Part shown: piece after piece, positions 38,576 to 51,091 of the stretch
Layout of the letters: the number at the start of each line of letters is the position of its first letter
Position numbering within the stretch: the stretch's first letter is position 1
Source of the DNA: Camelus ferus
Taxonomy: Eukaryota
Reading direction: 5' to 3'
Assembly (NCBI RefSeq): GCF_009834535.1
Contig: NC_045696.1
Span: 17,238,001 to 17,302,000 of the forward strand
Length of the DNA: 64,000 nucleotides
Position numbers and translations under genes: made by a program
Notes under the pieces: model-generated
What the model was told of the DNA's origin: nothing
The model's input: the letters and a program-made list of their open reading frames with translations, nothing else
The model's database searches: none

Positions 38576-41477
38576 TGTATAGAAAATATCCCGAATGATG
38601 CTTTGTACCTGATTTCTGTTTTGGTCTCTTGATTTCTAGGATGAAGTTTGGTCATGAAGGCAGAGGGTTATAAAGGATACCTCCTTGAGTGAGACTGGGT
38701 CCTTCCTGAAATCAAGATACTGTACACAGATACTGGTGGATCAGGATCTAGAGACAAACTATAACCTATGTGACTTGGAACAAACCCTGGGATCTGTGAT
38801 TAAATGTCTCTCACATCTTGGATTTTTCCAGTGTTTTTTCTCCCTCCTACGGTACTTTATCCTTTTTACTATTATGAAGCCTCATGTAAATATACATTGC
38901 TAACATCTTGAGTAATTGCTCTTATCTGAAACCTTGTAGTTTTGTAAAATGCAAAGTCTCCTCATGGGTCCTGAATGTTGAAAGAGGTTTGTTTTTTGAT
39001 ATTACTCAGATTTAATTTTTAAATTGACCCTGTTACCTTTTGATCATCAGCAAGTTGCTGTTGCTTTAACAAACTATTGAGTCCCACAGATCCTTGTGGG
39101 ATACAGCATGGCTAAAATCTATATTTTTAACTTATTTTTATGAATCTGTTAAAGTTTCTCATTTTTATAAGCTTTGTGTATGGCTTTACAGTTATACGAC
39201 ATGCTTACAAACTTGTAGCACCCCCCCACACAGAGAACATAAAAAAGCATATTTAGTTAAAAATACAAATAATCTTTAAATACTTTTGCATTGCCTGTAG
39301 TTTTCAACTTTTTAGTATCTGAGCGAGTATATGGATAACTACATATTGCTATCTTGTTGGGTAAATATAACTAAGACTAAATAGAAACTATTCAACAGAA
39401 GTTCTACTTGTAAGACACTCTATTGTGTATGAAAACCTGAAGGTAAGCTTTTTCAGGAGGAAAAAAAAGGAGAGAGAAATTGTATAAATAACCAATTCAA
39501 GGTCATATTCATTGAGAAGTTATGCCATGCAAAAATGCTAGGTACTAGAGATATAAAGATCCCTCACATTAAAATTCCACCAAACTTACAATTTTGAGGG
39601 TTGAAGAAACAAATAGAAACAAGTTCAATAAAATTGAGGCATTCTAAAATTACAACTGAAGATTACCATGAAAGTGCAGATTAGTGACATTCAACCTATT
39701 TAATCAAAATGGATGGGATCGAGCAGTGGTCAGTAAATGTATTTTGGGGGAAAAAAAAAGTGATTGAGATGAAGGGCAAGCCTTAATCAGAAGGTTCTAG
39801 GATTGGGCACACTGCACAGGGTGATTGAGACTGAGGGAATACCACAGACCAAAGAGAGTAAAAAGTGGGTATGCCCATACTGACGAAAGGCAGTATTTCC
39901 TGTTGCCAAATAACAGTGCTCTTTGGGTAGTGTGGAATTGCAGAAATGACACCAGATCACACTCCAGAGGTGAGCAGGAGCATGAGTTTACAAATTGCAA
40001 TGGTGGAAGATGGCCAATAGGTAAAACTGCAACGGCCTCTCTTTCCCATGAAGCTCCTGAAAGGAGAGAGTCTTCAGTATAACTACCTCCTGTGTCTTGT
40101 TAACACGCTCCACATATTGATCAATAGAGGCTTCACAATTTTACTTTAGGTCTCATATTTGTATAAATTTCTTGTAGGTTTAATCTCCAGAAGACATACC
40201 AGGTAGCTTTTCAAAACGAGATGTTACCTAGAAACTAAATGAGTGAGCGACTTCATCTTATATTTTACTGATGGAAATAGTTCAAAAAAAAGTACCACTA
40301 TTTGACCTGAGTTTTTTCCTTTGAATTTGTGATGAGAAGCTAGTGCAAATAATTATGAGGATGGGCTGTCCAAAGGTTGGAATCAGTGCTGAAATATTTT
40401 TATGACATTTTGCAGATGGGACTCATATATACTATATTGGAGAAAAGAAAAAATATATATATTCTGCTACTTTGGTATTCCTGGTATTTCCTGCAGAATT
40501 TCAGATTATAGCAAAATGATTAGTGGTATTTCAAAAATTAAGTGCTTTGTGTGTGGAATGGAATAAAAGGATTACTGAAAACAAAACCTGTGCATTGTTT
40601 TTGATATTTATGAAAACTCATCGGTTTACTGGGCTCTGGGATTCAAGCCAGGAGGGTATTCAAATAATGTTATTTCCCTATTGTGATATTTATTAATCAA
40701 TTAATTTTTTGATGCTTTCATCTTCTAGTTTCAAGAGTAATAAGAATTCCCATAATTAATTTGCACTGCACATAAAGATGTTTTGAATCTTCTCAGGGAG
40801 TGAATTCTAATCAAGAAATTTTTTAGAAATCTAAAAATTAGTTTTACCTTATGATTTTGAGTTGTTGCTGTAATTAGGTGTCAACACAGTACTAGTAAAG
40901 ATTAAAAAAACAAAAACAAATATAAAAACTCAAGTCTTTGTATCAAATCCTTGTTAATTTCACTTTTTAGAGTTTACAGACTTTTTATATATTTTTTGCA
41001 TGTATTATCTAGATTAAACCTGTGATAATAAAATATGAAATTTAGAATTCCCTATAATGAATACAAATTCAGTGAATATTTTATATGCAGCCTGGTTAAA
41101 AACCAGGGCCAATGTGTACAACCTTAAGTTATCTGAAACCTTTTCTCTGCCTGACAACTGTGTTAAATGTTTCCATATTGATCATATGCATTTAAACAGA
41201 ATTCTGCATGTTTGTTCTGATTTAGTGATAAATATGAACAAAGAATAAGATCACAAATAGTCAATATCATCATTCCAAAGCCTTAATACCTATTAAGTGA
41301 TACAGACTTCTAGAAAATGACTGAATAATGAATTAAGGATACAATCAAGAATGCAGTCAAGTTATATACAAATAAAATGTTTTGGTCAACTAAAATGTCT
41401 ACATGACAGAGAGAAAGGATAACTGGGAACCAGAAGTCTAGATTAAGACTGTGTAGTTTTCCAGGTGGGCACACAGG

Positions 41478-41727
41478 GTCTGCAGTCAGACTGCCTGCTT
41501 CCAATCTTGTCTCTGCAATTTACTAGCCCTGGGACCCTATGCTTCTCTGTCGCCCTTCTTCTTCATCTATAAGACAATTGAATAGCTTTTAATATATAAC
41601 ATAATTTTAATCATATAATGTTAACAATGTCTCCTTTATAGAGTTGTTTTAAATATTAAATTATTTAATAAATAAAATCACTTAGAATGGTCATAACATA
41701 GCAAAAACTTTTGCTATTATTATTACT
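41478..41727 (+). mobile_element. MIR SINE
   Basis: GCAGTCAGACTGCCTG..TCTGCAATTTACTAGC..CTTCATCTATAA..CACTTAGAATGG..GCTATTATTATTAC. Confidence 0.7.
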
Positions 41728-42268
41728 GGCTACAAAAACGTGAACATAACTCTACTTCTGATCACAAAATTTTAATCTAAAAGATGAGAGGATAAAGTGG
41801 GTAAATAAGAATAGAACAACTGTGATACTGTGATTTATAAAAAGAACTATGTATTTGGCCTCTGTCCTCATTTCTTTCTTCTTATGAGCTATCCCCCACT
41901 CCAGATTTTGCATTTCCTGAGAGCAAGTGTGTTGTTTTATTTGTATCTGGGCTCTCTCCACTTCACATGCAAATATCTATCATAATTGTGTGCAGTCGAG
42001 GTTACTACCTATATGTGGAAGGATGGAAGGAGAGAAAAATATTAGGAAAAAGGAAAGAGAAAGGAAAGAAGAAAGGAAGGAAGACAAGAATGTAAGCTAA
42101 CATGCATCAGAGAATTCATAATTTACCTTGAAAGATGACAAAGCTTTTCATTTTATTCCTTGTTTAATAATGAGCATCAAACAAATCATAAATGCAATCA
42201 ATACAGGGCAGCACCCATGCAAGAATTAGCGGATGTCAGGATGAATGATGCACTGGCACCAGTGAAAG

Positions 42269-42588
42269 TGTAATAAACTTTACTACCCAGAGTGAACATT
42301 AAAAGGACTCCTCAAACAGAAGGGCTCAGGTTTAGACTAAAATGAAACAAGGGAGCCTGTGGGGATGCTGGCAGCTTCTGTGTGTATGTCTGTGTAATTA
42401 GAGTGTGAGGCTGGGATGAATTTTAGAGACGTCTCAGTGTTTGAGTTTGTGGGCTGTCACCATGGGAGGGAGTTGGGCTTTCTTATTGGTCTCTCCAGAT
42501 ATGAGGTCAAAAAACAGAAAGGGACAGGGGTGAGCTTGAAGGCTGTCAGCAACCAAACATCAAAAATAGAGTCAGATTCTTTATTACA
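42269..42588 (-). mobile_element. ERV1 LTR (MER90/MER110-like)
   Basis: TGTAATAAA..TTTATTACA inverted termini; GCTTGAAGGCTGTCAGCAACCAAACATCAAAAATAGAGTCAGA. Confidence 0.65.
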
Positions 42589-43377
42589 ACTGTAATAATC
42601 TGAAATGTTAACTGTGTATTTAAAGAGCCATTAAATATACTTTTTAAATATGTATGGCACTTTGGCATCATTAATTAGACAGATACATAATAGCAAACTG
42701 TTTATAGTAAGCCTTAGTTACATAGATACAAGTGCTCATTTCAGTAAGCCTCTAGGAGTCACAAAAGGATTTGAGCAAGTGGCCTGAATGATCAAGGAAT
42801 TTTGTGGAGTTGACCATGGAATCCAGTGGGTGCTGTTTATTTCTATTAAATAATTCTAATCACAAAACAGAGACAATCCTCACGGTTACACTATTTTTAC
42901 CACATATTTAACATATTCTAGTAGTTAATCGATAGATGTTTGTAATATTATGATTGTTTTAGTGGGACTTTTGGCCACATATCAGGGTAGAATCCTCACT
43001 GTTGTCAAAGATTCTACTTTGCTCTCTAGCTACACTTTTAAGACAGAAACTTCAAGGTTCATCGTTCTGTTACTATTGCTTGAAGAATATTTACATAATA
43101 TTGGATATTCTAAACAATTCTTAGTTCTTTCTTGTTGATTTTCCTTTGCTGAGTCATTTTTTAGGTTTGAAGGGAACTGACAGAGAAGCCCACGTCTTCT
43201 GTCATATTCAGGGTTAAGACCTCTTGACACAATCTGATCCTAGATTCTTAACCGATGAGAAAAGATAATTAAATTTCATTTTCAATAGTCATGGAAGTAT
43301 GCAAAATTATATTCTCCTAAAAGAAAATGTAAGTATCTTCTTTCACAATCCTGCGCGTTTGTTTCTACCACAAAAGT

Positions 43378-44192
43378 TTAAAATTAATAGCCTTTTTTTA
43401 AACAGGAAATTTGAGTGGAAAGTACAGACCTCTCACCTATCCCCTTACCATCAACCCATTGATGGTGTTACATATTACATTACAGCATCTTGCGTAAGTT
43501 TGGTACTTCTGTTACAATTGATGAGCCGCCAAAGTTTGTAATATATGTTAGGATTGACTCTGTGTAGTACATTCTGTGGCTTTTGGCAAATTTATAATGA
43601 CAGGTATTCACTATTTTATTATTTTACAAAGTAGTTTCACTGCATTAAAAATCTCCTGAGTTCCACCTATTTGTCCTTCCTTGCTCCGCCTCCATCCCTT
43701 AGCAACCACTCTCCTTTTCCTGTTTCTGTAGGTTTCCTTTTCCATTATGTCATATGTTTGGAATCGTGTGATATGATGCCTTTTAAGATTGTCACTTTTC
43801 ATTTTAAATTATGTATTTGGGTTTACTTCTTGTTTTTCTGTAGCTTAGTAAAAGCATTACTTCTTTTGAGTTATGAATAATAATCCATAGTACGAATGTA
43901 CCAAAATGTGTCTATCCATTGACCTATTAAAGGACATCTTGGTTGCTTCCAAGTGCTGGGAATTATAAATAAAAATGCTATAAATGTTTATATGCACAAT
44001 TTTGTGTGGGCTTTGGTTTTCAACCCACTTTGGTAAATACCATGGTGTGAAATTGCAGGATCGTATCATTAAGAGCATGTTTAGTTTTATAAAAAACTAT
44101 GAAACTGTCTTCTAAAGTGGCTGGAGCATTTTGCATTTTCATCAGCAATGAATGAGAGTTCCTTTTGTTCCACATACTCACCAACATTTGGT
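43378..44192 (-). mobile_element. L1MC/L1MD-like 3' region
   Basis: TTGAGTGGAAAGTACAGA..GTTACAATTGATGAGCC..GGACATCTTGGTTGCTTCCAAGT..CAGCAATGAATGAGAGTTCC. Confidence 0.85.
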
Positions 44193-44839
44193 ATTTCACC
44201 CCTCACCCCTCATTTTTATTTATAGAAATTATATCTTATGAGTTGCACTTTTCAAGTCTTAGCGTTCTTACATTTTACCCTTTTTTTTCAGAAAATAAAA
44301 TATTTTCACATGACAAACATCAAGATCTTATAGGTTTGGTCTTTTGTGGTGAAAGTTATTTTCTTAAACACTTCACAAGTCTCACTTTTATCTTTCATAT
44401 TTCCGGAGTCCAAATTTAAAAATTCTAACTGCCAATTCATACAAAAGTGAGCAAAAAACTATGAGAATTTTTGACACACTAATTGATATTTTTAGTCTCA
44501 GCTATTAAAAATATTTTATCTGTCTTTATAAAGAGTTTTATACTATTTTCACTTTATTATAATACACTTTTTAAAGCTTCCTTTATAAAATTACTAGAAT
44601 AAACATTTAACAGACTATAAACACAAAAATTTGCCCATATGAGAAAAACATGGAAATTTTGGAATAAAGAATCAGAGAAGTATGTTTACGAATTAGATCT
44701 AGAGAAAGGAGCATCTGTTAGGTTGACTAATCTAAGCTAAGGCATGTTGAGGGTACTGAGGGTTCAAGACAGAGCTAATCTCAGCTCTCAAAGGATTTAT
44801 AATTTAGTATAAAAAGGGGAAAAGACATATTAATACAAT

Positions 44840-45307
44840 TGCAAAATAAAATTTATATTTTATGGCAAGACAAGAAAAATTTAAAGAGAAAAATCTTCTC
44901 TGCCTTTTGGCCTCCTCTCTCCTCTTACCGTGCATTGTGTATCTGCAGTATCTATTAACCAAACCTACCCCGCTGGCAGGAGTACCTGCTCCACCAAAAA
45001 GAGCAACATTCTCCTAGCGTTAACAAGACCACTCCTTCAAAGATAACCTTCCTCCTGGATTTTGTCAGGGGTCAGAAGACCCCCCTCAGTGATGCTTAGA
45101 TCTGGATTATGTAAATTGCCCAGAATACGTTATTTGATGTACAGTCCTCTGTCTCAAAAAACTTCTGTATCTGTGCCTTGATTTCAAACCGGAGGAACAG
45201 TTCTCAGAGCTTTCTGAGACGCTTTTCCCAGGTTATAATCCTCAAATTTAGCTCAACTAAAATTTTCCATTTCTTTCTTAGACCACCTGATTAATTTTTC
45301 ATTATCA
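44840..45307 (+). mobile_element. ERV1 solo LTR (MER34/MER39-like), full length
   Basis: TG..CA termini with perfect 4-bp TSD CAAT (44836-44839 / 45308-45311); same family as 12742-13117. Confidence 0.82.
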
Positions 45308-45609
45308 CAATATAAAATTAAAAATTAAATAGGTTAGCAAAATCAGAAATTTAAGTTGTTAAGTATTGTGGAGCAATTCAAATGTAATAATATGCCAAAA
45401 CATACGTTTTTTTTCTGGGCAGTGAAGCTGCTTTCTCCAGTTCTTCTGGAAATTGTTATCTTCTTAGAATATTTATCGTCTTTTGAAAGTCACAGATACA
45501 AGGGACCATTAGGAAGAAAAAAATTTCCGCATCCATTTCCCAATTAGCCTGATACTGTATTCGGCTTTTTTTAAAAATACCTCTCACATACTATCAGTTC
45601 TAGACATAT

Positions 45610-47393
45610 AATCTTGCTTTTCGATTCGGAAGGTTTCTACTGAGATATCCTCAAGCCCAGAGATTCTTTCCTCAAGTATTTTCAGTCTACCAATCAGCCC
45701 ATTACAGGCATTCTTTGTTTTTGTAACACTGTTTTTGATCTCTAGCATTTCTTTTCAGTCTTTCTTGGACTTCCATCTCTCTGCTTACAGTGTCCATCTG
45801 TTCTTGAATGCTGCTTACTTTATCCATTAGAGCCCTTAGCATAGTAATCAAAACTGTTTTAAATTTCTGGTCTGATAATTCCCAAGTCCTTGCCATGTCT
45901 GCTTCTAATGCTTGTTCTCTTCAAATTGTGTTTTGCTTCTTGGTGTGCCTTGAAATTTTTCCTTGGTACCAGGACATGATGCACTGGGTAAGAGGAACTG
46001 CTGTAAGCAGTCTTTTAGTAATGCAGTGGTGAGGTGATCAGGATGAGAAAATGTCCTACGACCCAATGATTTGATTTCAGTCTTTTGGTGAAACTGCATC
46101 TCTGGACTGTGAAATTCACAGGGGTTTCTCAGTTTTTTAATTTTTTCCCCTCCTCCCTTTGGTGGGACAGGATGGCTGGAGTTGGGTGTTTTCCTTCCCT
46201 CAGGTCAGTTAGGTTCTGGTAAAACGCAGCTGGTTAGGCCCTGGTTAATTAGTCTACCCTGAGGGCAAGCCTTATTAAGAACTGAGTGATCTGAGGTCTT
46301 TCAAATGTTTCCTTTTCCCTCCCCCTGCCAGAAGCCAGAGAGGATTTTTCTCTGACTTTCACGATGAGACCCTGGTTGAGTTCCTGGAGATCAATCTCGT
46401 AATATTGTAGGGGCCCCTGTGACGAGGTCCCCCTCTTGTTTTGGCTCTGGGAGTTATCTGCATGGAGCCTCCTGTAATTCATCCATTTCAGTTCTGTCCT
46501 GTTGTTGCCAGTGACTAGGTTCTTTTCCCACTGCAGAAAGAATTCAGAGACAGGACGCAGAGGTTAAGAAAGTAAAGTGAGGATTTATTAAGGGATGGAT
46601 AAGTACACCCTCAACAGGAGAGCGGGCAGGCTCAGGTCAGTGGCTGCCCTGAGTTTCTTTGGCAAGTTGGTTACACAGGGTGTAAAAATGAATGGGAGGA
46701 ATATTCATTGGGGAGGGAAGGGTCTGGGGTAGCGTTCCCTGATTTTCATCCCAACTCCAACTTCCCAAGGGGAGGAGGGATTTTTGTCTTTATTTAGTCT
46801 AGGTGTTATGGCTTTGGTGCATGATGGGTACTTCTTATCTGCAAGGCTAATTTTATTGTAATGAGGGCATAGTGAGCAAAAGGTTACTTAGAAACTGGAG
46901 ATTCCTGCCTTTTCCTACCTTTTCTTTGTCAGTCTCCAGGCCACTTGTCACTCCAAAATATGAGACCACCTACCCACTGAGAGGTTCCTGCTTTTCTTCC
47001 TCTGCCCCGAGATCCCTGTTGTTTACATGACATCTAGTTTCCTGCACTTGGCCTGTGCCCCTCCTTTTCACCCAATTCCTGCCATTTGGCCTGCGTCCCC
47101 CTTTCTCTGCTCATATCTAGCTATCTGCCTGTTCTAATACCATCTCCTGCCAGCCTCTCCCCACCACCCTGCTTCCTCCATGGTTTCTGCTCTGGAGTCT
47201 TTGTTCGGGAATGTTGAGATTCCCTGCATTCCCATCTGTCTCTCCAGTCTTGGGGGCAGAGGTTTGCCACGTGTCCTCCCCTCTTCTATAGATCCAAAAA
47301 AGCTGTTGAGTTTTCAGTCTGTCAGATTTTTATTGGTTCATAGAAAGTGATGACTCCCAAGCTGCTTATATGCAGAACAGCGAAGTGGGAGCC
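45610..47393 (-). mobile_element. L1MD/L1MC-like 5' end and ORF1 start, interrupted by an LTR
   Basis: ORF 45702-45896 (WELSDQKFKTVLITMLRALMDKVSSIQEQMDTVSREME) is an L1M ORF1 N-terminal coiled-coil relic; 5'-terminus-like sequence at ~47330-47393. Confidence 0.8.
46500..47139 (-). mobile_element. ERV1 solo LTR, lineage-specific, nested in L1
   Basis: TGTT..GGTTCTT..AGAAAGAATTCAGAGAC..TTTATT (reverse polyA signal)..GAGAGCGGGCAGGCTC..TATCTAGCTATCTGCCTGTTCTAATA; no clean TSD. Confidence 0.75.
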
Positions 47394-48502
47394 ACATACA
47401 TATCCTCCCAGGGACATTTCTTCTTGAGTTTTAATTATGTCTGATGTATCAGGGAAAATACATTACTTGAAAATAATGCTGGTTTTGGTGAGCATTTTGT
47501 AATAATGTCTGCTTAGATATAATAAACTAATCACAAGTTATACTCCAGAGAATTAAAACATAACTTCTGGCTGCAAATATTTTGATCTTGTATTTTCAAA
47601 TAGAAGATGCCAGTTTAAGCTAAATATTAAAATAATGATCTAAACTGGGCTCACTGCTTTGCTGTCAAGAATGGCTATTGAAATACTTGCCTTAGAAGCT
47701 TTTTTTTTTCCATTTGTTTAATGATTGAGTATTTTCCTTGAAGGAATGATCCACCAACTTAGCATGTGTAGTTTTGAGTGACTGATTCAGCTCCTGTGTA
47801 TGTTTAAAACATTTTTCATTGTTCATTTGTTTCAGATTGAATGTACCTGTACCCACAGGAGTATTTCAGACTTTCAAAATAAAACCTAGAAAAACCTTTA
47901 AAAAATGAAGACTAGTGAGAAATATATAGGTTAGACTCTGGAAGTTGCTTAGAAATTTTCTTGTTCAGTTTCAGGAGCCTATGTTAAAATTCACTAGACA
48001 CAGAGGTAAATAATTATTTCCTCAAAAGTAAGCACAAAGATTAATGAGAAAAATGATTTCACTGATCACCAGCCCCTTACCAGGCCTGCCATAACTATTT
48101 CTGGTCCACTAGGCAAATTAGATAACAGAATCTCATTCTTCTTTTGTACAATAAAGGCAAATTGACAATTCCTTTTGCATCAAAAATGTTCTTCATATAA
48201 ATAGAAAAATAAATCTGTACTGAATAATATACTTTCTTAGCTTGTGTTTAAAAATATGCTATTGACAAAATATCACATAGCTAGGAAGAAGGATTTCATT
48301 TTTATGTAACACAAATAGAATTGGCCTTTTTGCCTACAATCAATCTTAAATTATGTATCAGAGTAACATAATTAATTATAATACAATTAAACAATACATT
48401 TCATTTCAAATGGATAAAAAAAAAAAAACTTGTACCCATATCTAGATAACAAAATCTAATTGCTTTAGTTTCTAGCATGACATTAAATAAAAGAACACCT
48501 GC

Positions 48503-49109
48503 TGTTACCGGGAGGAGGGGAATAAAAGTTACCTCGGCTCTTCGTCACCCGAAAAAAAATGAATGTCTAACGGGAGACAGCTTGATACAAACAGAAGATT
48601 TTATTAGTGAAGTAAAATGGTAGTAAAACATAGTAACCTCCAAGAATTGGGAGCGGGCCAATCCAGGAGAAGAAAAATGGCGCCACTCCTTTGTTTTTCT
48701 TCTTCTTATATCCTGGCTTAGGGGGCGTTTTTTGTGATTGATTATTGATGGCTCAGGTTCCTTGTGCTCAAGCTGACTGACAGCTCACGCTCCTTGTGCT
48801 CAGGCACGCTCATCTCTTTTACGCATGTTTTTACCCAGGATGCACACAGAGAAACCTACAGGAGGGAGCTCAAACTGCTATGTTAATTATATTATAATGA
48901 GCATTGGGTCCAGTTAAGCCTGGTCCTTCTCTCTACTGTGAAGCCGTAGTGTTTGATTCTAGCCGGCTTCTTTGCTGGCCCTCATTTAGAGAAAGTAAAA
49001 GTTCTTGGAGCCCCTTATCTTGAGTGCAGGTGTACTATTATTTTCTGGGTTGCTCCCTCCCCCTTCCTCTCCCCTTGCCTGGTGCTCAATTTTATCTAAC
49101 TGCCTAACA
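48503..49109 (-). mobile_element. ERV1 solo LTR, lineage-specific, intact
   Basis: TGTTA..TAACA termini, perfect 4-bp TSD CTGC, reverse polyA signal TTTATT at ~48600; homologous to 14028-14578. Confidence 0.9.
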
Positions 49110-50608
49110 CTGCCATCAAAAAAGTTCAGTCGATACAGATTCACAAAATGTGCCTCTACAGAATTAGGATTCCTTTTCTCTTCCATTAATCTAATTCAGT
49201 TTTATTGGACACAGTTCTATAATAAATTCATCTGTGTACTGCAGAAATGTCAATGAATGTGATAAAGGAACATCTTGGGAGATTTATCATAGGATGTAAT
49301 TTCTGAATTTTACATTTTGTTGCACTGTATAGTGTCACAGATAAAAATGCTTTTAAAATTGCTCTTTTGTAGATGATCTTGAGAAACTTGAAAGGTTACG
49401 AGTCTCCCCTCTGAGACTGTTTGATAAAAAAACATGATAATATTGTACAAAGAATAATTGAACTAAGACATAAGACCTTCTCTAATGTTAATGTACATTT
49501 TCTTTTACTTTTACCCCAGGATGTTTAGAAGTTTGTGTCTCCTTTGACATAAATATTTACTTAAAAGCATATCCTATTGGATAAAAGGAATGTGGCTAAA
49601 TCAATATGTTTAATCTAAAAACTAAGTAGTTTGTCAAAAATATAAGATTTCTATGTAGACAAAAGAGAAGCCAGTCCTGAGGCGCCCAGATTATCTTGCT
49701 ATTTAATTGAAGACAGTGAATAAATGCGTATAAACATTAAGTATGATATTCAAACATAGCAAACATCTCTATTTGTGTCTAGTTTCTATTAAATTTAATT
49801 GAATTGTAGACTCATGGACACACATGTGTAAGAACAAACAAACAAACAAAACCTAGGACATGACATTTTCTTTGCTTTTGATATTTTTGCCTGACAAAAT
49901 TAACACCACCAACAGTATTTTATTTCAGGTTCAAACAGGTTTTGATTCTGGATATGTGAAATGAACAACCTACTAAGGTTTTTGGGTACAAATTTTCTCC
50001 TCCAGAGTAAGTGGTAGAACCTCAGAAAGAATTAGCTTAGATTGTTGCCATAATGAATGTCACCAAAAAAAAAAGCACCCCCAAAAAGTGTTCCCCCAAA
50101 AATTGATTTTCTCAATAAGGTAATACAGGAGCCGAGAATCAAGTTTCATAAGAGCTTGATTAAATTTTGGAATTTTCTTTCTGACGCACATTTTATTTTT
50201 TCTTTAATTCTTATAAATTGTTTGGTATTTATAAACATTAAGTTCTTTTTAATTTACATTTACTTGTCATACTTATTAAGTCACTTTTTAAGTTGGAGAG
50301 GTATCACCAATTTTATAGAGTAAGAAGGTGCACAGGGCCAAGGTGTACAGGGCCAAGATGTGAGTAAGAAGAGACAAAACACAGACAAGATCAGACAAAA
50401 GTAAAATTGGGTGCATATGGTAGTGATTCCTTCTTCTGTTTATGTGTGGTGGAACTGTCCATGGTGTCCTTGGATCTTGGAATCTTGTGGCAGTGGAATG
50501 GTTAGAGAAGAACAGGGAACAAGCAGAAGAGTGTCCCATGTCAAAAGGGAAAATAGAACACACTAGTATTAAATCTACTTTTATGGTTGAAGGACAGAAG
50601 AATACTTC

Positions 50609-51091
50609 TGCTCAAGAATTAGACTGAGATTTTATTCTGCTTCATGCTAACAAATTAGTCAACCATAGTTTCACAGATGCCGGGAGAAAACAAGACTGCC
50701 AGGCCAGTAACAAAAGACGGTTTGTTACTCGTAGCAGGAGGGGTAGCCAGAACATCAGCATTCTCTTATGATATTTCACTGAGCCCCTGTTTCCAAAGGG
50801 TAACTAAAGAAGTGTCACGTGACACCTGGACATGCAATGAGTTGCATTACAGGAAACAAATCCTGAGTTTAAGAAATCCTGATCTTTTAAAATAGGCTTC
50901 AGGCAAACCTACCTGACCTTTGGCACAGAGGGAGACAGTTTTAAAAAAATCTTCCCTTTGCTGAGGAAAGAGACACTATCTCTGTCCACTAGGGCTTTTC
51001 ACTACAAACACATCCTTGGAAAGATAGTCTGGAACCAAAGAGCAGTGCCTCTTCTTGCAAGATGTGCTGAAACATGCGAATTGCTCCGACA
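50609..51091. mobile_element. ERVL LTR (MER54/MER74-like)
   Basis: CTGAGATTTTATTCTGCTT..GCTAACAAATTAGTC..AGTTTCACAGATGC..TTACTCGTAGCA; colinear with 25709-26228. Confidence 0.6.

Noticed and set aside
12742..45307. Two same-orientation related LTRs as ends of one 32-kb provirus
   Set aside because: The second LTR has its own CAAT TSD, the copies are substantially diverged, and the interval is full of older unrelated repeats with no gag/pol/env.
50324..50360. 15-bp tandem repeat AAGGTG(C/T)ACAGGGCC, and a similar one at ~61974-62005, as array-like structure
   Set aside because: Only about two units with no spacers; ordinary slippage duplications, not CRISPR-like.
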